Source: Lama glama | Lineage: Eukaryota | Direction: 5' to 3' | Assembly (NCBI GenBank): GCA_028534125.1 | Contig: CM052817.1 | Coordinates: 17,114,001-17,178,000 of the forward strand | Length of the DNA stretch: 64,000 nt | Shown here: one piece after another, positions 1 through 12,045 of the stretch | Position numbering within the stretch: position 1 is the first letter of the stretch | Layout: each line of letters starts with the position of its first letter | Notes under the pieces: model-generated | Seen by the model: only the letters and a program-made list of their open reading frames with translations | The model's database searches: none | Told to the model about the DNA's origin: nothing | Program-made: the position numbers and the translations under genes

Positions 1-1548
1 CTTGGGTCTTCCTAGCTGTTTCCCTCCCTTCTTTGTTTATGCCATAAAACAAAACAGATGAAACTCCAAAGTTTTTTTTCCCCATATGTACCAAGTTAGA
101 AAACACAAAGAACCAACTAAATGAACACAAATAAAAAGAAAGAAGAAACCAATGATCCACTGTCACCAGGTGTGTTTCTGAGCCCATGCATGAGTCACTC
201 TTTCCTTCCCCCCGACTCTGTTCCTTTTCTTTCTTCTCCTCCTTTTTTTTTTTTTTTTTGAGAAATGGGAACCATATTAGGTTGAGGCAGGTCAGTGGAA
301 GACACAGATATCCCCGCAACTTTGCAACTTGCTTTCAACGGGGTGTTCACAATTATTAGCAGGGATAACAGAGGCTGAGAAGAACGGAGCCACACTGAGT
401 CTTGCCACTCACTCAAAAGAACTTTTTTCCCTCTTTTTAAAAAAATCCTGAGAGGAGGGGATGGCTTTGTCAATGAAGGGCATGCTTAACTTGCCCTAGG
501 GAACTTTATGGTTTCCTTATGGGTAAAAAGGAGAAGGGGAACGTCTTTTTACAATCTTTACACAAAAATACAAACACCTCAGATTCTTTCAATAACCTGG
601 ACTCATCCATCCAGGAGGGCTCGGGTAGGGGGAGGTGGGGGAGAGGCTCCCGGGTGGGAGACACCAGCTTGTCCATGGGGGCTCTTGGCTGATCGAACCA
701 ATGGAAAGGCTCTCGGCCATTTCTCCTGGCCTGTGGCCTGAAGGAGTCCCAAAGAGCAAGGGCAGCCAGTGGTCTGTGTTGCCAGACCCTAGGCCCCTGG
801 TCCATCTGCATCACCTCATCTCACCCACCAAACGTCAATCAGGACCCACTAAGTGCTCTGTAGATGTGTGCTGGGCTCTCGGACATCCGGGGAAGGAATA
901 CATAGCCTCTGTCCTCCTCAAGAACCGAAAGCCTTGCTTATTCATGTGCCTCGAGAAATTCATGGTAGGAAAACAAGTGTTTGGACAACATACCCTGGAA
1001 GAGGAACAAGATGTCATCATGGAGAGCCCTGCACAGCCTGAGATTTGGGGCCTGTTATTGACCTGGCTCAAAACTGAGCTAAATCAGTGCTTGGACCTGC
1101 AACGGGGGAATGATGAGAGCTATAGGTTTAGACTGTGTCACTCGTCACAAACTCAGAGAATCTTGGGAAGGGCTTCAGAGACTAATCAGAGCTCACTCCC
1201 AAGTTACAGATGATGACACTGCTGGAGTCAACAGGATTTATCCAAGGTCAGGGTGTTGCGCTGAAAGTCATGAATTTTTGACCACCAGTTCCCTCCTCCA
1301 GACAGATTTAAGTATCTTTTATCACGGCCATGATTAGCATCATCAGGGTGGTAACAGCAGTAGCACCATAATAGCAGCTGTTTACTCAGTTCCTGCCACG
1401 TGCTTCACATGGTGGGTTTTGGCTGAATGATTTCCGGACAGATAGCAAGGGTTCTTTTCTATCTATTATGGGCCAGTTTTTTTTTTTTTTCAGATTTAGC
1501 ATTTAAAAAAATTTGTAGTGGAGAAATGGTGTTGAAAATACACACTCA

Positions 1549-2254
1549 TGACCCAGGAATCCCACTCCTGGGCTTGTATCCAGAAGGAAATCTACTTCAG
1601 GATGACACCTGCACCCCAATGTTCATAGCAGCACTATTTACAATAGCCAAAACATGGAAACAGCCTAAATGTCCATCAACAGGTGACTGGATAAAGAAGA
1701 TGTGGTATATTTATACAATGGAATACTACTCAGCCATAAAAACCGANNNNNNNNNNNNNNNNNNNNNNNNNNNNNNNNNNNNNNNNNNNNNNNNNNNNNN
1801 NNNNNNNNNNNNNNNNNNNNNNNNNNNNNNNNNNNNNNNNNNNNNNNNNNNNNNNNNNNNNNNNNNNNNNNNNNNNNNNNNNNNNNNNNNNNNNNNNNNN
1901 NNNNNNNNNNNNNNNNNNNNNNNNNNNNNNNNNNNNNNNNNNNNNNNNNNNNNNNNNNNNNNNNNNNNNNNNNNNNNNNNNNNNNNNNNNNNNNNNNNNN
2001 NNNNNNNNNNNNNNNNNNNNNNNNNNNNNNNNNNNNNNNNNNNNNNNNNNNNNNNNNNNNNNNNNNNNNNNNNNNNNNNNNNNNNNNNNNNNNNNNNNNN
2101 NNNNNNNNNNNNNNNNNNNNNNNNNNNNNNNNNNNNNNNNNNNNNNNNNNNNNNNNNNNNNNNNNNNNNNNNNNNNNNNNNNNNNNNNNNNNNNNNNNNN
2201 NNNNNNNNNNNNNNNNNNNNNNNNNNNNNNNNNNNNNNNNNNNNNNAAAAAAAA
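1549..2254 (+). mobile_element. Young 5'-truncated L1 (camelid-type) spanning assembly gap 1
   Basis: 1549-1746 encodes the L1 ORF2 C-terminus ([55 protein letters not shown]). Poly-A at 2247-2254. Perfect 15-bp TSD gaaaatacacactca at 1534-1548 and 2255-2269. Confidence 0.93.
1747..2246. other. Assembly gap (500 N)
   Basis: Run of exactly 500 N. Confidence 1.
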
Positions 2255-2269
2255 GAAAATACACACTCA

Positions 2270-2680
2270 ACACATATTTATCAAACTTCCACTCCATTTT
2301 GAGGCACTGGATTGGCCCTGTGTCAACACAGAGAAAAGGCCAATACCTGCCCTCAGGAAGGTCACAGTCTATGAGAAAGGAAGACCAGGAGGTAGGTGGG
2401 TGGCTCCCTCACAGCAGGCCATGTGCAGGGCAGAGCTAGTCACAGCCCTGCCATATGGGAGCACAGCAGAGGGGCATCCGGACTGGAGAGGTGGCCAAGA
2501 GGAGATGCGCCTGAAGTTAGCCTTGAGGGATGACATTCATGAGCTGAAGGGGAGGTAGGCAGATGGGGAAGTGGTGATGGTGGTGGGCACTGTAAGAACA
2601 TTCCAGGGAAAGGATCCAGCATGTGCAAAAGCAGAGTGGCCTGCTGGCCAAGTCCAACACCACCATGTCCCTTGAGGTTT
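2270..2680 (-). mobile_element. L2 LINE fragment
   Basis: Degenerate L2 antisense motifs (cctgccctcaggaaggtcacagtct; cattccagggaaaggatccagcatgtgcaaaagcagag). Confidence 0.65.
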
Positions 2681-3419
2681 GGGATAAATACCTGTCGGAT
2701 GTATGAATGATCAAACACAAATCTGATTTGATTTGAAGTCTGATTCCCTCCCTCCTTCTCCAAGGTGAGGCCTTCCCTGCTCCTTGAGTTCTGCATTGGA
2801 TGTTATCAGAGTGGGCTGTGCGTGAGCTTGGCTGATCCAGGGAGTTATTGGGGTTGCCTGAGCCCAGCTGAACCTGGGGCAGGAAGGGTTGGCCAAACTT
2901 CTTCAGCCGAACATTAATGTTAATTGACATTTGAATGTTGGAGGAAAAATTCCTGCAGAACCAGTCCTGGGTGTTTCATGAAGACCGGGGTGGGGTGGGA
3001 TGGGTGGGATGTCCCAGAGTTGTTGCCTCTGACTGGTGTCAGGCCCAGGAGGGGACATGAGTGTAGGTCACAAGCACTCCCTGTTAACTTTTGGCCACTT
3101 AATGTGCCTCCGTCCTGGCTTCCCCTCCGCCTTGACTCAGGAAGGACAGGCTTTCCTGCTTCCTCAGGGGCTTTCCCTCTCTCTCTGCCTCCCTCTCCAC
3201 TCTCATCTCAGGTAATCGTCACAGCCACCCCGTGCAGTGAGCACAACAGACGAGAACTCTTGGTCCTGGCGAGGTGAGCTGGCCACCCACGGCCACTCAG
3301 CTGGTGGAAGGCAGAGCTGGGTTCCAAGCCTTGGCTGTCTTTTTCCCAGAATCTGTCCTCTTAGCCAGCACCCCAGACCTCTTCCTTTCAAACACGGTTG
3401 AGCCTCTCTAATGCCTCGG

Positions 3420-3680
3420 GTTAGCCCTTGTCATAGTCAGTAATGATTTCATTTGTTTATTTGTTTTCCTGCTGGGACCTCTTTGCCTGCTTCACTGCCA
3501 TGTCCCCAGGGCCTAGCTCAGTTCCTGGCACAGAGGAAACCTCTGGTAAACCTTGGCTGAAACCCCAGTCCCATGAGGGCAGGGATTTTTTGCCTGTTTT
3601 GTTTTCCTGTTGTATCCTTCAGGCCTGGAATGGTGCCTGGTACATAATAAATATTTGTTGAATGAACCAATGAATTGAAG
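3420..3680 (+). mobile_element. L2 3' end(s)
   Basis: gcctggaatggtgcctggtacataataaatatttgttgaatgaaccaatgaa is a typical L2 3' terminus. Two partial copies lie in tandem. Confidence 0.75.
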
Positions 3681-4254
3681 GGACAAATGCTGGACTTTGG
3701 AGGTACAAAAACACATAAGCTTAGTCTTTACCTGGGGAAACTCACCACTGAACGGAGGAGACAGGCATCAGCAATGGATGCTGTAAGAACAGCCCACTGG
3801 CCCAGATTCCTGCTGCTGCACCATTGGGCTGCATGTTGTCAGTGCTAAGAAGTTTACAGGTGCTTTTCCAGGAGCTCTGGATGCAGCAGGAGAAAAGGCA
3901 GACAAAGTTCCTGCCTGCCATGGGCTTATGTTCTCCTGGAATCGTGTGATGTTTCGGTTTTGCTGTTAAATGAGTTGAATCGCGGCTCGTGATGAGACCG
4001 ATACCCTTTTCCCCCCAAACAGCCGGGCCATCAGCCAGTGGAAGACTGAGGCTTTGCTGGTGCCCCTTCTGCAGATGGAAGGCAGGGAGCCTGGTCCAGC
4101 TGCAGAGAGGAGAGCCCTGTACACACTGGAAGACGCCTGGGCGCCCGCAGTGCCGAGGAGCAGAACCAACCAGAAGTGGCTGGACTGAGCAAGTGCCAGG
4201 AAAGGCAGGGGAGCATCCAATGCAACATGTGGGCTGGGAGGCAGTCCCCTTCTT

Positions 4255-4410
4255 AGCTTGGTGACCTGGGGTGCCTGGCCCCATCTCTCTGAGCCTCAGC
4301 TTCTTCATCTAAAAAATGGAGACAATAATACCTGGGCTGTAGGACAGGTTAAATGCAGCACAAGTGTCAAGCCCTTAACCCAGGGCAGCACAGGAAGTTG
4401 CTCAGTGAGG
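4255..4410 (+). mobile_element. MIR SINE
   Basis: MIR core ctctctgagcctcagcttcttcatctaaaaaatggagacaataatacct. Confidence 0.75.
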
Positions 4411-4849
4411 GGTTCTGGGGTTCAGAGGTCAGGGGTCATGCTGGGCGGTGCCAGCTGGGTCATCTCCATGGCCACTGCAGCAAGGCACGTTTGCAGCTAG
4501 AACAGGTCTGGGGAGCCAGTGGGTGCAGGACTGGCAATCAGTCTCACCCCCAGCCTCAATCATTTACAAATTCACTCATCCTACAGATATATTTACATAC
4601 ATTTACTATTAAATTCCAGCTTAACCAGAAAACACTGATTAATTTAGCACTCAACAACCCATTAAATTTTAGGCTCGACTTTTCTAGGAAGCCATTTTGC
4701 AGCATAGCGTGGGATTAGTCAGTATTCACACAGGGGGATTCTGACTAAAAGTCATTTCAGATTCTTGGTCAGTGAATAAAGGTCCACGTGCCCTCAGAAA
4801 GCCCACGCACTAGGGTATTAACTACATGCAGGGCACTGACCTGGGCATC

Positions 4850-5660
4850 TGGGCTCCTGCCCGCAAGGAGCTTGTTTTCTAAAGGAAGAGACAAATAATA
4901 GACAAACAAATAACTCTGCAGATGGTGATAAGTGCTTGGAAGAAAAAGTAGATACTGGAGGAGGAGGGAAGTAGAAAGCAAAGGATGTCCTGCCAGGGTG
5001 GCCGGGGAAGGCTTCTCTGAGTGGGTGGCATTGGAGCAGAGACCTGAATCCAGGGATGGAGGGAGCCACGTGGATGCACAGGGCACAGGTACCTGTGGGA
5101 GCTAGTCAGGTTATGTATATAACAGCAGTTATTCAGCAAGTGCTACTGCTCTGGGACTCCATGATGTTAGTGGAATTGATAGTCTCTGAGGATGTGAATG
5201 TCTCCAGGTATCCAGGAGATGAGCTTCTTGTGTCAGACAAGGAGGAAGAATGGTGGAGTGAAATCGTGGAGCCATGTGGATAGTGGGGAAGCTCATTCCT
5301 GGGCAGAGAGAACACCAAGTGAAAAGCTATGAGACGGGATGTGCTTGACGTGGTCAAGGAGCAGCAAGGAAGGCAGTGAGCCAGCACGCCTGGGAGGAAA
5401 GCAAGAGGGGCAGGCGTGAGGCCAGAGGTTCAGACCTCATAACACTTTCGAGGTCATGTGTAGAATTTGGGGTTTGTTCTAAGCAGGACGGAGCCACTGG
5501 AGGGCTTTAGGTTGCCAAAGGCTCATTCTGACTGCTGTGTGGAGGGTAGGCAGGGTGCAGGATGGGCTGGTGGATGAGACAGGAAGCAGGGAGGCCAGTT
5601 AGGAGATACTGCAGTGGACCCATGGGGCTGGTGGTAGCAGTGGGGCAAGTGAGAGGAGGG
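4850..5660 (-). mobile_element. L2 LINE fragment interrupted by a 192-bp insert
   Basis: Antisense L2 motifs (agggtggccggggaaggcttctctgag; ggagccactggagggctttagg; cattctgactgctgtgtggag) on both sides of the 5076-5267 insert. Confidence 0.75.
5076..5267. other. Unclassified insertion flanked by a 14-bp direct repeat
   Basis: ggagccacgtggat (5062-5075) and ggagccatgtggat (5268-5281) flank non-L2 sequence. No poly-A tail or terminal inverted repeat. Confidence 0.7.
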
Positions 5661-5884
5661 AAATCAGACCCCTTGAGTGGTCGTGGTGGGTGGGCGGGGC
5701 TGGTATCCCTTTGTTGGTGTTGAGGGTGGATGGGGTTGGCCGTCACGGATCACTGGGGTTGGATAAATGCAAACTGCAGTCTCAGATGCTCTGCTCCTGT
5801 TGTCTGAGGCTGTCTTGCTCTCCTGTGCCTTTGTGAGCCTGCTGGTAGGGCACCCACTTCCTGAGCATCCTCCGAAGAGAGGGC

Positions 5885-6281
5885 TGTATTTGCTGGCTAG
5901 GGCTGCTATCACCGAGCGCCACACGCTGGGGGCTCAAACAGCAGAAATGTGTCATCTCGTGGTTCTGGAGGCTGGAAGTTCAAAATCAAGGTGTTAGCAG
6001 GGTTGGTTCCTTCCGAGGGAAGGATCTGTCCCACGCTTCTCTCCTTGGCTTGTAGATGGCTTTCTTCTCCCTGCGTCGTCACATCATCTTCCCTCTGTGT
6101 CCAGATCTCCTCCTCTTACAAGGACATCAGTGGTATTGGATTCGGGACACCCAAATGATTTCATTTTAATTTATTTACCTCTTTAAAGACCCCATCTCCA
6201 AGTACGGCTGTATTCTGATGTGCTGGGGGGTTAGGACTTCAACACATGAATTTTTGGTGGGACACAGTTCAGCCCATAACA
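5885..6281 (-). mobile_element. MaLR solo LTR (MLT1A0/MLT1B-like)
   Basis: TG...CA ends; ttctggaggctggaagttcaaaatcaaggtg; ends ttaggacttcaacacatgaatttt..gggacacagttcagcccataaca. Confidence 0.88.
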
Positions 6282-7344
6282 GTGACCCCCGAGCCCTGGG
6301 ATGGGGTTTGGTGCTGGTTGGTTGGTTCACTTAAATCTCAAAAGGCTGGGTTCTCTCTACCTGCAGCCCCTTTCCTGCAGGTCTGCAACTCCGGTAGCCT
6401 GCCTTCCGTTTCACCTCCTTCCCCCTCCCTCTGAGCTTGGGAGCTTGGAAACCCGGGACAGAAGCAGCCTGAGTAGACTATTGTTGTTATTGTCTGCCTT
6501 CCTTCCTCATTCGTTAGCCAGGCAGCCCAGTCCCAGGGGTGGGTGGCACTTTTTCTGGTAGGGATGGCCCTGGAGGGTCCACGTGGCTGTGCCTGAAGCA
6601 GTTTCACAAGATGTCAAGGCAGATCCCACGGCAATGCTGGGCTCCAGGGAGCGTGGGAAGCCTGGTGTGCCCTGTGGACCTTCAGTGCTTGGCCATCTCA
6701 GGACCGATATTATCCTAATTTCCTTTTCTTGTTGATTTTGGCTTTGGATGACCTAAAATTCTATTGTGACAAGGCAGAGGGTGTAAAATAGTTCACACAC
6801 TATCTGAGGAGTAATAGACGCATAATGCACAGTACTGTTATTACAATCTGCCTTCACCTTCTTGTCTTTAGAAAAGGACTTGAAGATGGTCACACCCTCA
6901 GAAGCTACCGATTATGCCGAAGCCATTGAGTCCCAGGGCACTAGCCTTTGCTGAATAATCACTGTATTATACCTGTCATAGGATTCACTCCCATATGTAA
7001 CTGTATGAAGTGGGCATTTTCTTCCTCATTTGACATAGGAAAACTGCGGCTCTGAGAGGTGAATTGGTTCAGGTTGACACAATTAGGAAGGGGAAGAGGA
7101 GGGATCTGAACTTAGGCACTGGAACTAGAACCCAAAATGTTTTCACCTCATTCTTTTCTGTTCCTGTCTGATGCAAGCAGCTCATATCTTTGCTCAGCAT
7201 TGTAGCACCAGCCCAGATTATGAGGCTGCAAAGGATAAAGGCCCCTTTGATGGTTGACAAGGAAAAATAATTTGGAAGACTTCCACTATGATCATTGAGT
7301 ATTTGCTTTCTCCTCCTGGAAATTATACAAAAGCAATAAGACCA

Positions 7345-7366
7345 ATAATAATAATAATAATAATAA
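7345..7366. repeat. (AAT)n microsatellite
   Basis: aataataataataataataata. Confidence 0.9.
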
Positions 7367-7889
7367 AAACCCCTCTCTTTATCTTGATTCCCTCTCATAA
7401 TTCTTATTTTCAGAAAAGCAAGAGGTAGAAATAATCTGCAAACTCTAACCTGTAAGGACTGCCCCATACAACTGAGATAAGAATTGCCTGGAAGCAAGTA
7501 CAGAAGCAGCAGCCAGCCTAGTGAGATGGCCCAGGGGTGTCACACCTCAGAAAGTGCCAGCATAAATATGCTTCCTGAAGGGAAGGGGCTCACCCTAAAG
7601 TGCAACAGCCGTAGCCTTTCTTTGTAACCACTTATGAGGGAACTAGGCTCTGCTGGGAGCAGCTCTCCTAGACCAAGCTATATTCAGAGACACAGTGGAA
7701 GTGATATTGTAGAAATATGCTGGAAGCCATTTTTTGCAGGAAGCAGTTTGTCTTTGTGGCAGCAGAGAACTTTTGTGTTTTGAAGCCTGCAGAGCTATCC
7801 TGACCCCTTCCTGCCCCTTCCCAATGGGTAATCTGGGAAAATGCAGCCCATTATATAATTAGTATTAAAAAAAAAAAAAGAACTGGCAC

Positions 7890-9090
7890 AGCATTTATAC
7901 AAAGATCTTATGAGTGAAAAATCTGGAAAAGAGAAGCAAAATCAGTTAACAGGCAAAAAACACTTACCAGAAAAAAACCATATGACAGGATAAATTCCAA
8001 AGAGATCAAAGATTTTATTATACAAATAAAATCATAAAAATGTAGAAGAAAACATGGAATCATTTATTTCTAATTTTAAAATGTTATTAATATCATTAAC
8101 AAAGACAATGAATGAGGCAAAATTTTAGCATAGATGAAGGGCTAATCTCCCTTATGGATATAAACCCTCCCAGAAATTGATGATGACAACAGCAACAAAA
8201 ACCCAAGGTTCATCTGAAAAAAATGAGCAAAAAACTAACTAAATAAAAGAACAGGTGGTTTAGAGCATAGAAAGGACAGTTGGTTCTTAAATCAATGGAA
8301 AGATGCTCAACCTCACTTGTAATAAAGAAAAATAAGTGAAAATGATATTGTGCTATCATTTTTCATCTCTCAGATTGGCGAGACATCACAAATTTGGTCA
8401 TGCACTCTGCCGGTGACGTTGGGGGAGGACAGACCCTCTCATGCTTTGCTGTTGGGAAGGTAAATGGGTTCAGTCCCTGAGTGAGGACATGTGGAAATAG
8501 GATGCTTGGACCATCTGACTCACCACCTCTACTTCTGGGAATTTATGCTGCAGATACTTGCGAGTGTACAGAATGACGTATGTACAAGGTCATTCACTGT
8601 GGCCTTGTTTAAACTTCAAGAGACTGGAAACAACAAAACTGTGTATTAGTCTGGTAAAATAAATGACAGTTCATTCATATAATTGAATATTGTCTGGCTG
8701 AAAAAATGAATGAGAACACTATGGGATGACAAGAAAAAAATTCTAAAATGTATTGCTACATGAAGAAACAAGGTGCAGAAGAGTATCTTTTGGAAAATGC
8801 TAACTTTTGGTTAAGGAAATGAGAGTAATAAGAATACATGTCCCTATTTGCTTATTCATATTTGCATATATGCAAATACAAACACATGTCATTTGTGTAT
8901 ATGCTTGCGTCTATACATACATATACATAGAGAGAGAAATTCGGAAAAGATACACGAGGAACTAACAACACTGGTTTCCCAGAGGTGGAGGGGGCAGAGG
9001 TTGGGTATTAAGTACATGGCTGTGGGCATGGGGGGAGATTTCCACTTTATGCCTTCGTGCATCATTTAACTGTGTGTGTATTAATGTATT
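7890..9090 (+). mobile_element. Ancient L1 (L1MC/ME-type) ORF2 end and 3' UTR
   Basis: atggaaagatgctcaacctcacttgtaat; ctacttctgggaatttat; tgtacaaggtcattcactgtggccttgttt..ctggaaacaac. Confidence 0.8.
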
Positions 9091-9494
9091 TGTAGTAGCT
9101 TCCTAGGGCTGCTGTAACAAATGACCACAAACTTGGGGCCTTAGAACAGCTGCAATTTATTCTCTCACAGTTCTGGGGGCCCGATGCTAGTAGGGCAGCA
9201 CTCCTTCTGAAGGCTCTAGGAGGGAAGACTTCTTTGCCTCGTCCAGCTGTTCACCGGCTTATAGATGACATCACTCCAATCTCTTACTCTCCTTCACATT
9301 TTCTCCTCTGTTTCTATGTACTATCCTTTTAGAAGGGCATCGGTCATTGGGTTTAGGGATCATTCGAAATCCAGAATGATTTCCTCTTGACATCCTTAAC
9401 TAACTGCAGCAGCAGACTCTATTTTCAAAGAGCGTCATATTGTGAGGTTTTGAGTGGACATGAATTTGGGGGGAACACAATTCAATCTAATACA
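9091..9494 (-). mobile_element. MaLR solo LTR (MLT1C-like) inserted in the L1 3' end
   Basis: cctagggctgctgtaacaaatgaccacaaactt...gacatgaatttggggggaacacaattcaa. TG..CA ends. 5-bp TSD gtatt/ctatt. Confidence 0.85.
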
Positions 9495-9979
9495 CTATTC
9501 AAAAATAAGTGATTTGCTTAAAGAGAAAAAATATAACCATTGTGAAATAAAGCAAAGCTCATGTTTGCAAACAAACAAACAAAAATAGTTTTTAAAAAAA
9601 GTTAGCAGTTCTAGGTTAAGCAAGCTTCAAAGCTGGCATAAAAGGGAACTCTACTCTATAAGTAAAACAGACAGTTTAACAGAAGCCATCCTGCTTCTCA
9701 ACACTATTTACCCATCTCAGAGGAAAAAGAGAGCTGAAAGTGAATGAAAATATATTCAACATCCATCGAGCATAAAGAGACAATTGAATAGGCTCAAGTT
9801 CTGTCAATAAGGGGACCAGTTAACTCGATTTATGCTTAGTTTGTGTCGTGGAAAATGGTTATAGGCTTCTATGCACCACGTCTAAGAGTGTCTCTGAAAG
9901 TCTTTACTGTGAATGTGAAGGGTTTGCATCTCAAGACTGGGGTCATGGCATTTTGAGAAGAATATCTAAGAAAAAGGTG

Positions 9980-10097
9980 TGTGTGCATTGTCTGAGTCTG
10001 CTCCGACTGCCAGAACAAAAAAATCACAAACTGAGTGGCTCAAACCACAGAAACTAATTTCTCATATTCTGGAGGCTGGGAAGTCCAAGATCAGGAC
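9980..10097 (-). mobile_element. MLT1 LTR fragment
   Basis: cacaaactgagtggctcaaaccacagaaactaatttctcatattctggaggctgggaagtccaagatcagg. Confidence 0.75.
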
Positions 10098-10139
10098 TCA
10101 AAAAAAAAGTGTCCTTCAAGAAGGGCTCTTTGGACTGAA

Positions 10140-10320
10140 GGGACTTGGGGTCAGGCAGGTCAGGCTTCCCATCCCAGCTCCAGCACTTGGCAGCGGTAGG
10201 ATTTGGGGCAAGCTGCCTCCCTTTGTTGAATCTCTATTTTCTCAGCTGTAAAATGGGAATACAACAGCCCTGCTTGAGTTGTTAAGGAATTATATAAGAT
10301 GAGGTCTGTGGCTATCATTA
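10140..10320 (+). mobile_element. MIR SINE
   Basis: tctctattttctcagctgtaaaatgggaatacaacagccct..gagttgttaagg. Confidence 0.7.
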
Positions 10321-11829
10321 TTATTATCAATAATAAAAAAAACACACTGAGGAAACTTTGCCAAGTGCTGAGCGGAAGTCTAGAAAGTATTAAGCAAGTA
10401 ATGGATGGCACTGGGAAAGGACCATTACCTGAAGGCAGAAATGCCCAATTTAGAACAATAGCAAGTTTGCTCTGGCTGAGCATGGAGTGCAAAACTTCCT
10501 CCATTTAACAAACATTTGAAATTTATATCCCAGGAATAACAGAATTTAGAGACATTGACACCCATTTAAAGCATAATGAACACTTTTTCACTGTGATGGA
10601 GAAAAAATACAACCTTGACTGGTAATCTACACTCTGGAGCCTGCAGCTTTGTTCTAACACTTGCCCAAACCGTGCCCCAGACTTGGAGGGAGTGTACATT
10701 AGCTCTGGGGCTCAGAAGTACCTGGTTTAACTTTGTTCACTGGCAAGAGGTCTTCCTTTGTGTGGCCCCTTTAGGAGAGACAGCTTTAGTGTATTTTATC
10801 ATAAGAATGGAGTGGATGTCTCATTCAATGGACTCATTAAGGAATCATTCTAGAGAAAACAAGGGGAAGAAGGAAAAGAACTGAAACTTCCATTTTCTCA
10901 GCCTGCTTACAGAACAGAGAGAAGACCCTTTTCAGATGTATTTCTTCACTAGGAGGAAAAATATTACTGAGTTTTGACTCAGAATCTCCTTGTGTTGGGG
11001 TAAAATAATAGCTTTTCCACTTAAAGTCTTTTTGACCTCCCTCTCCTCTCTCTACCTTTGTCTTAGAACGTGTTAAGCAGGGGTTAAGTGAGAGATGGCA
11101 CAGGAAAGGTTGGTTGGGACCAAGTTTCTCTCTAATTCTGTACACAATAGACAAGCCTGGATTTTTTCTGACCAGGAGAAGTGTAACTGCAGTGGAAAAA
11201 GCCTGGGTCTCCTTAGCGGTGTGGCCCCCGGTATGACACCAGACGTCTTTGTAGAATGGGAACAACACACCTTTCACAGACTACTGGGGAGTCCTGTGTG
11301 CGGGAATACTCGGTAAACTGCAAAAGTGTTATTTGGTGCTCTCACCCATCAGAGGTCCCTTTGGGAAAGGTTAACCAGGCAAAGGGGTGTAGGCTGGGTT
11401 GGAGTGGAGACCCAAGGGAGCTGGGACAAATGCTGGTGGTCACTGTGGTGGTCATGGACAAGGACTGCTAAGGAGGACAGGGGTACAGAGCAGGAGGCAG
11501 GGCAGATAGGAATGATGCTGCAGTAGAGGGATGGTCCATGCGATGTAATATCCCATGGAGAGAAGACAATATAACCACTGCAGGTTTGGGGCTGGGCGAT
11601 GGGGAGTTATAAACTACAACACAGATGCACGGGACAAAGAGGACCAGTAGGTCTGGAGGAAAAGGTGATATGTTCATTTTGGTCTGTGTTTAGTTGAAGG
11701 TGCCTTGAGATGCTGGTCAGGGAAACGGACATAAAAGAAAAACTTGGAGGAGGGGGTGATAGCGATGACTAGAATCGAAGGAGCGTCTAGACTCCCTGAA
11801 AAAGCCAGAGCTTTGAGTGCAGTGTTTGA

Positions 11830-12045
11830 GCACACAGGCCCCACAGTCAGACTGCTTGACCAGGAATTTATTTACCTTGGGCTGTTGCATAATCCCTCTC
11901 TGCCTCAGTTTTCTCCTCTGTTAAAAAGGGGGTGAAAACCAGAATCTACTTCATTGGATTGCCTTGGAGAATAAATGAAGCTGTAGGTATGTAGCTGTTA
12001 GAATTATGCCTGGCACACAGCAAGCACTCAATAAAAAGCTATTCT
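11830..12045 (+). mobile_element. MIR SINE
   Basis: ctctctgcctcagttttctcctctgttaaaagggg; tgcctggcacacagcaagcactcaataaa. Confidence 0.75.

Noticed and set aside
635..1213. 192-aa ORF; likewise 3742-4308 (188 aa), 31492-32100 (202 aa) and 40012-40473 (153 aa)
   Set aside because: No recognisable domain or family motif and no consistent exon structure. Such lengths occur by chance, and 635-1213 runs into repeat-derived sequence.
1427..2439. Long ORFs (178-291 aa) here and at 37534-38338 and 56771-57645
   Set aside because: They are artefacts of translating through 500-N gaps. The real residues are L1 ORF2 remnants or low-complexity sequence.
3960..4160. Local CpG enrichment as a possible CpG-island promoter
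   Set aside because: Too short and sparse. CpG is depleted across the window, with no island-scale cluster.
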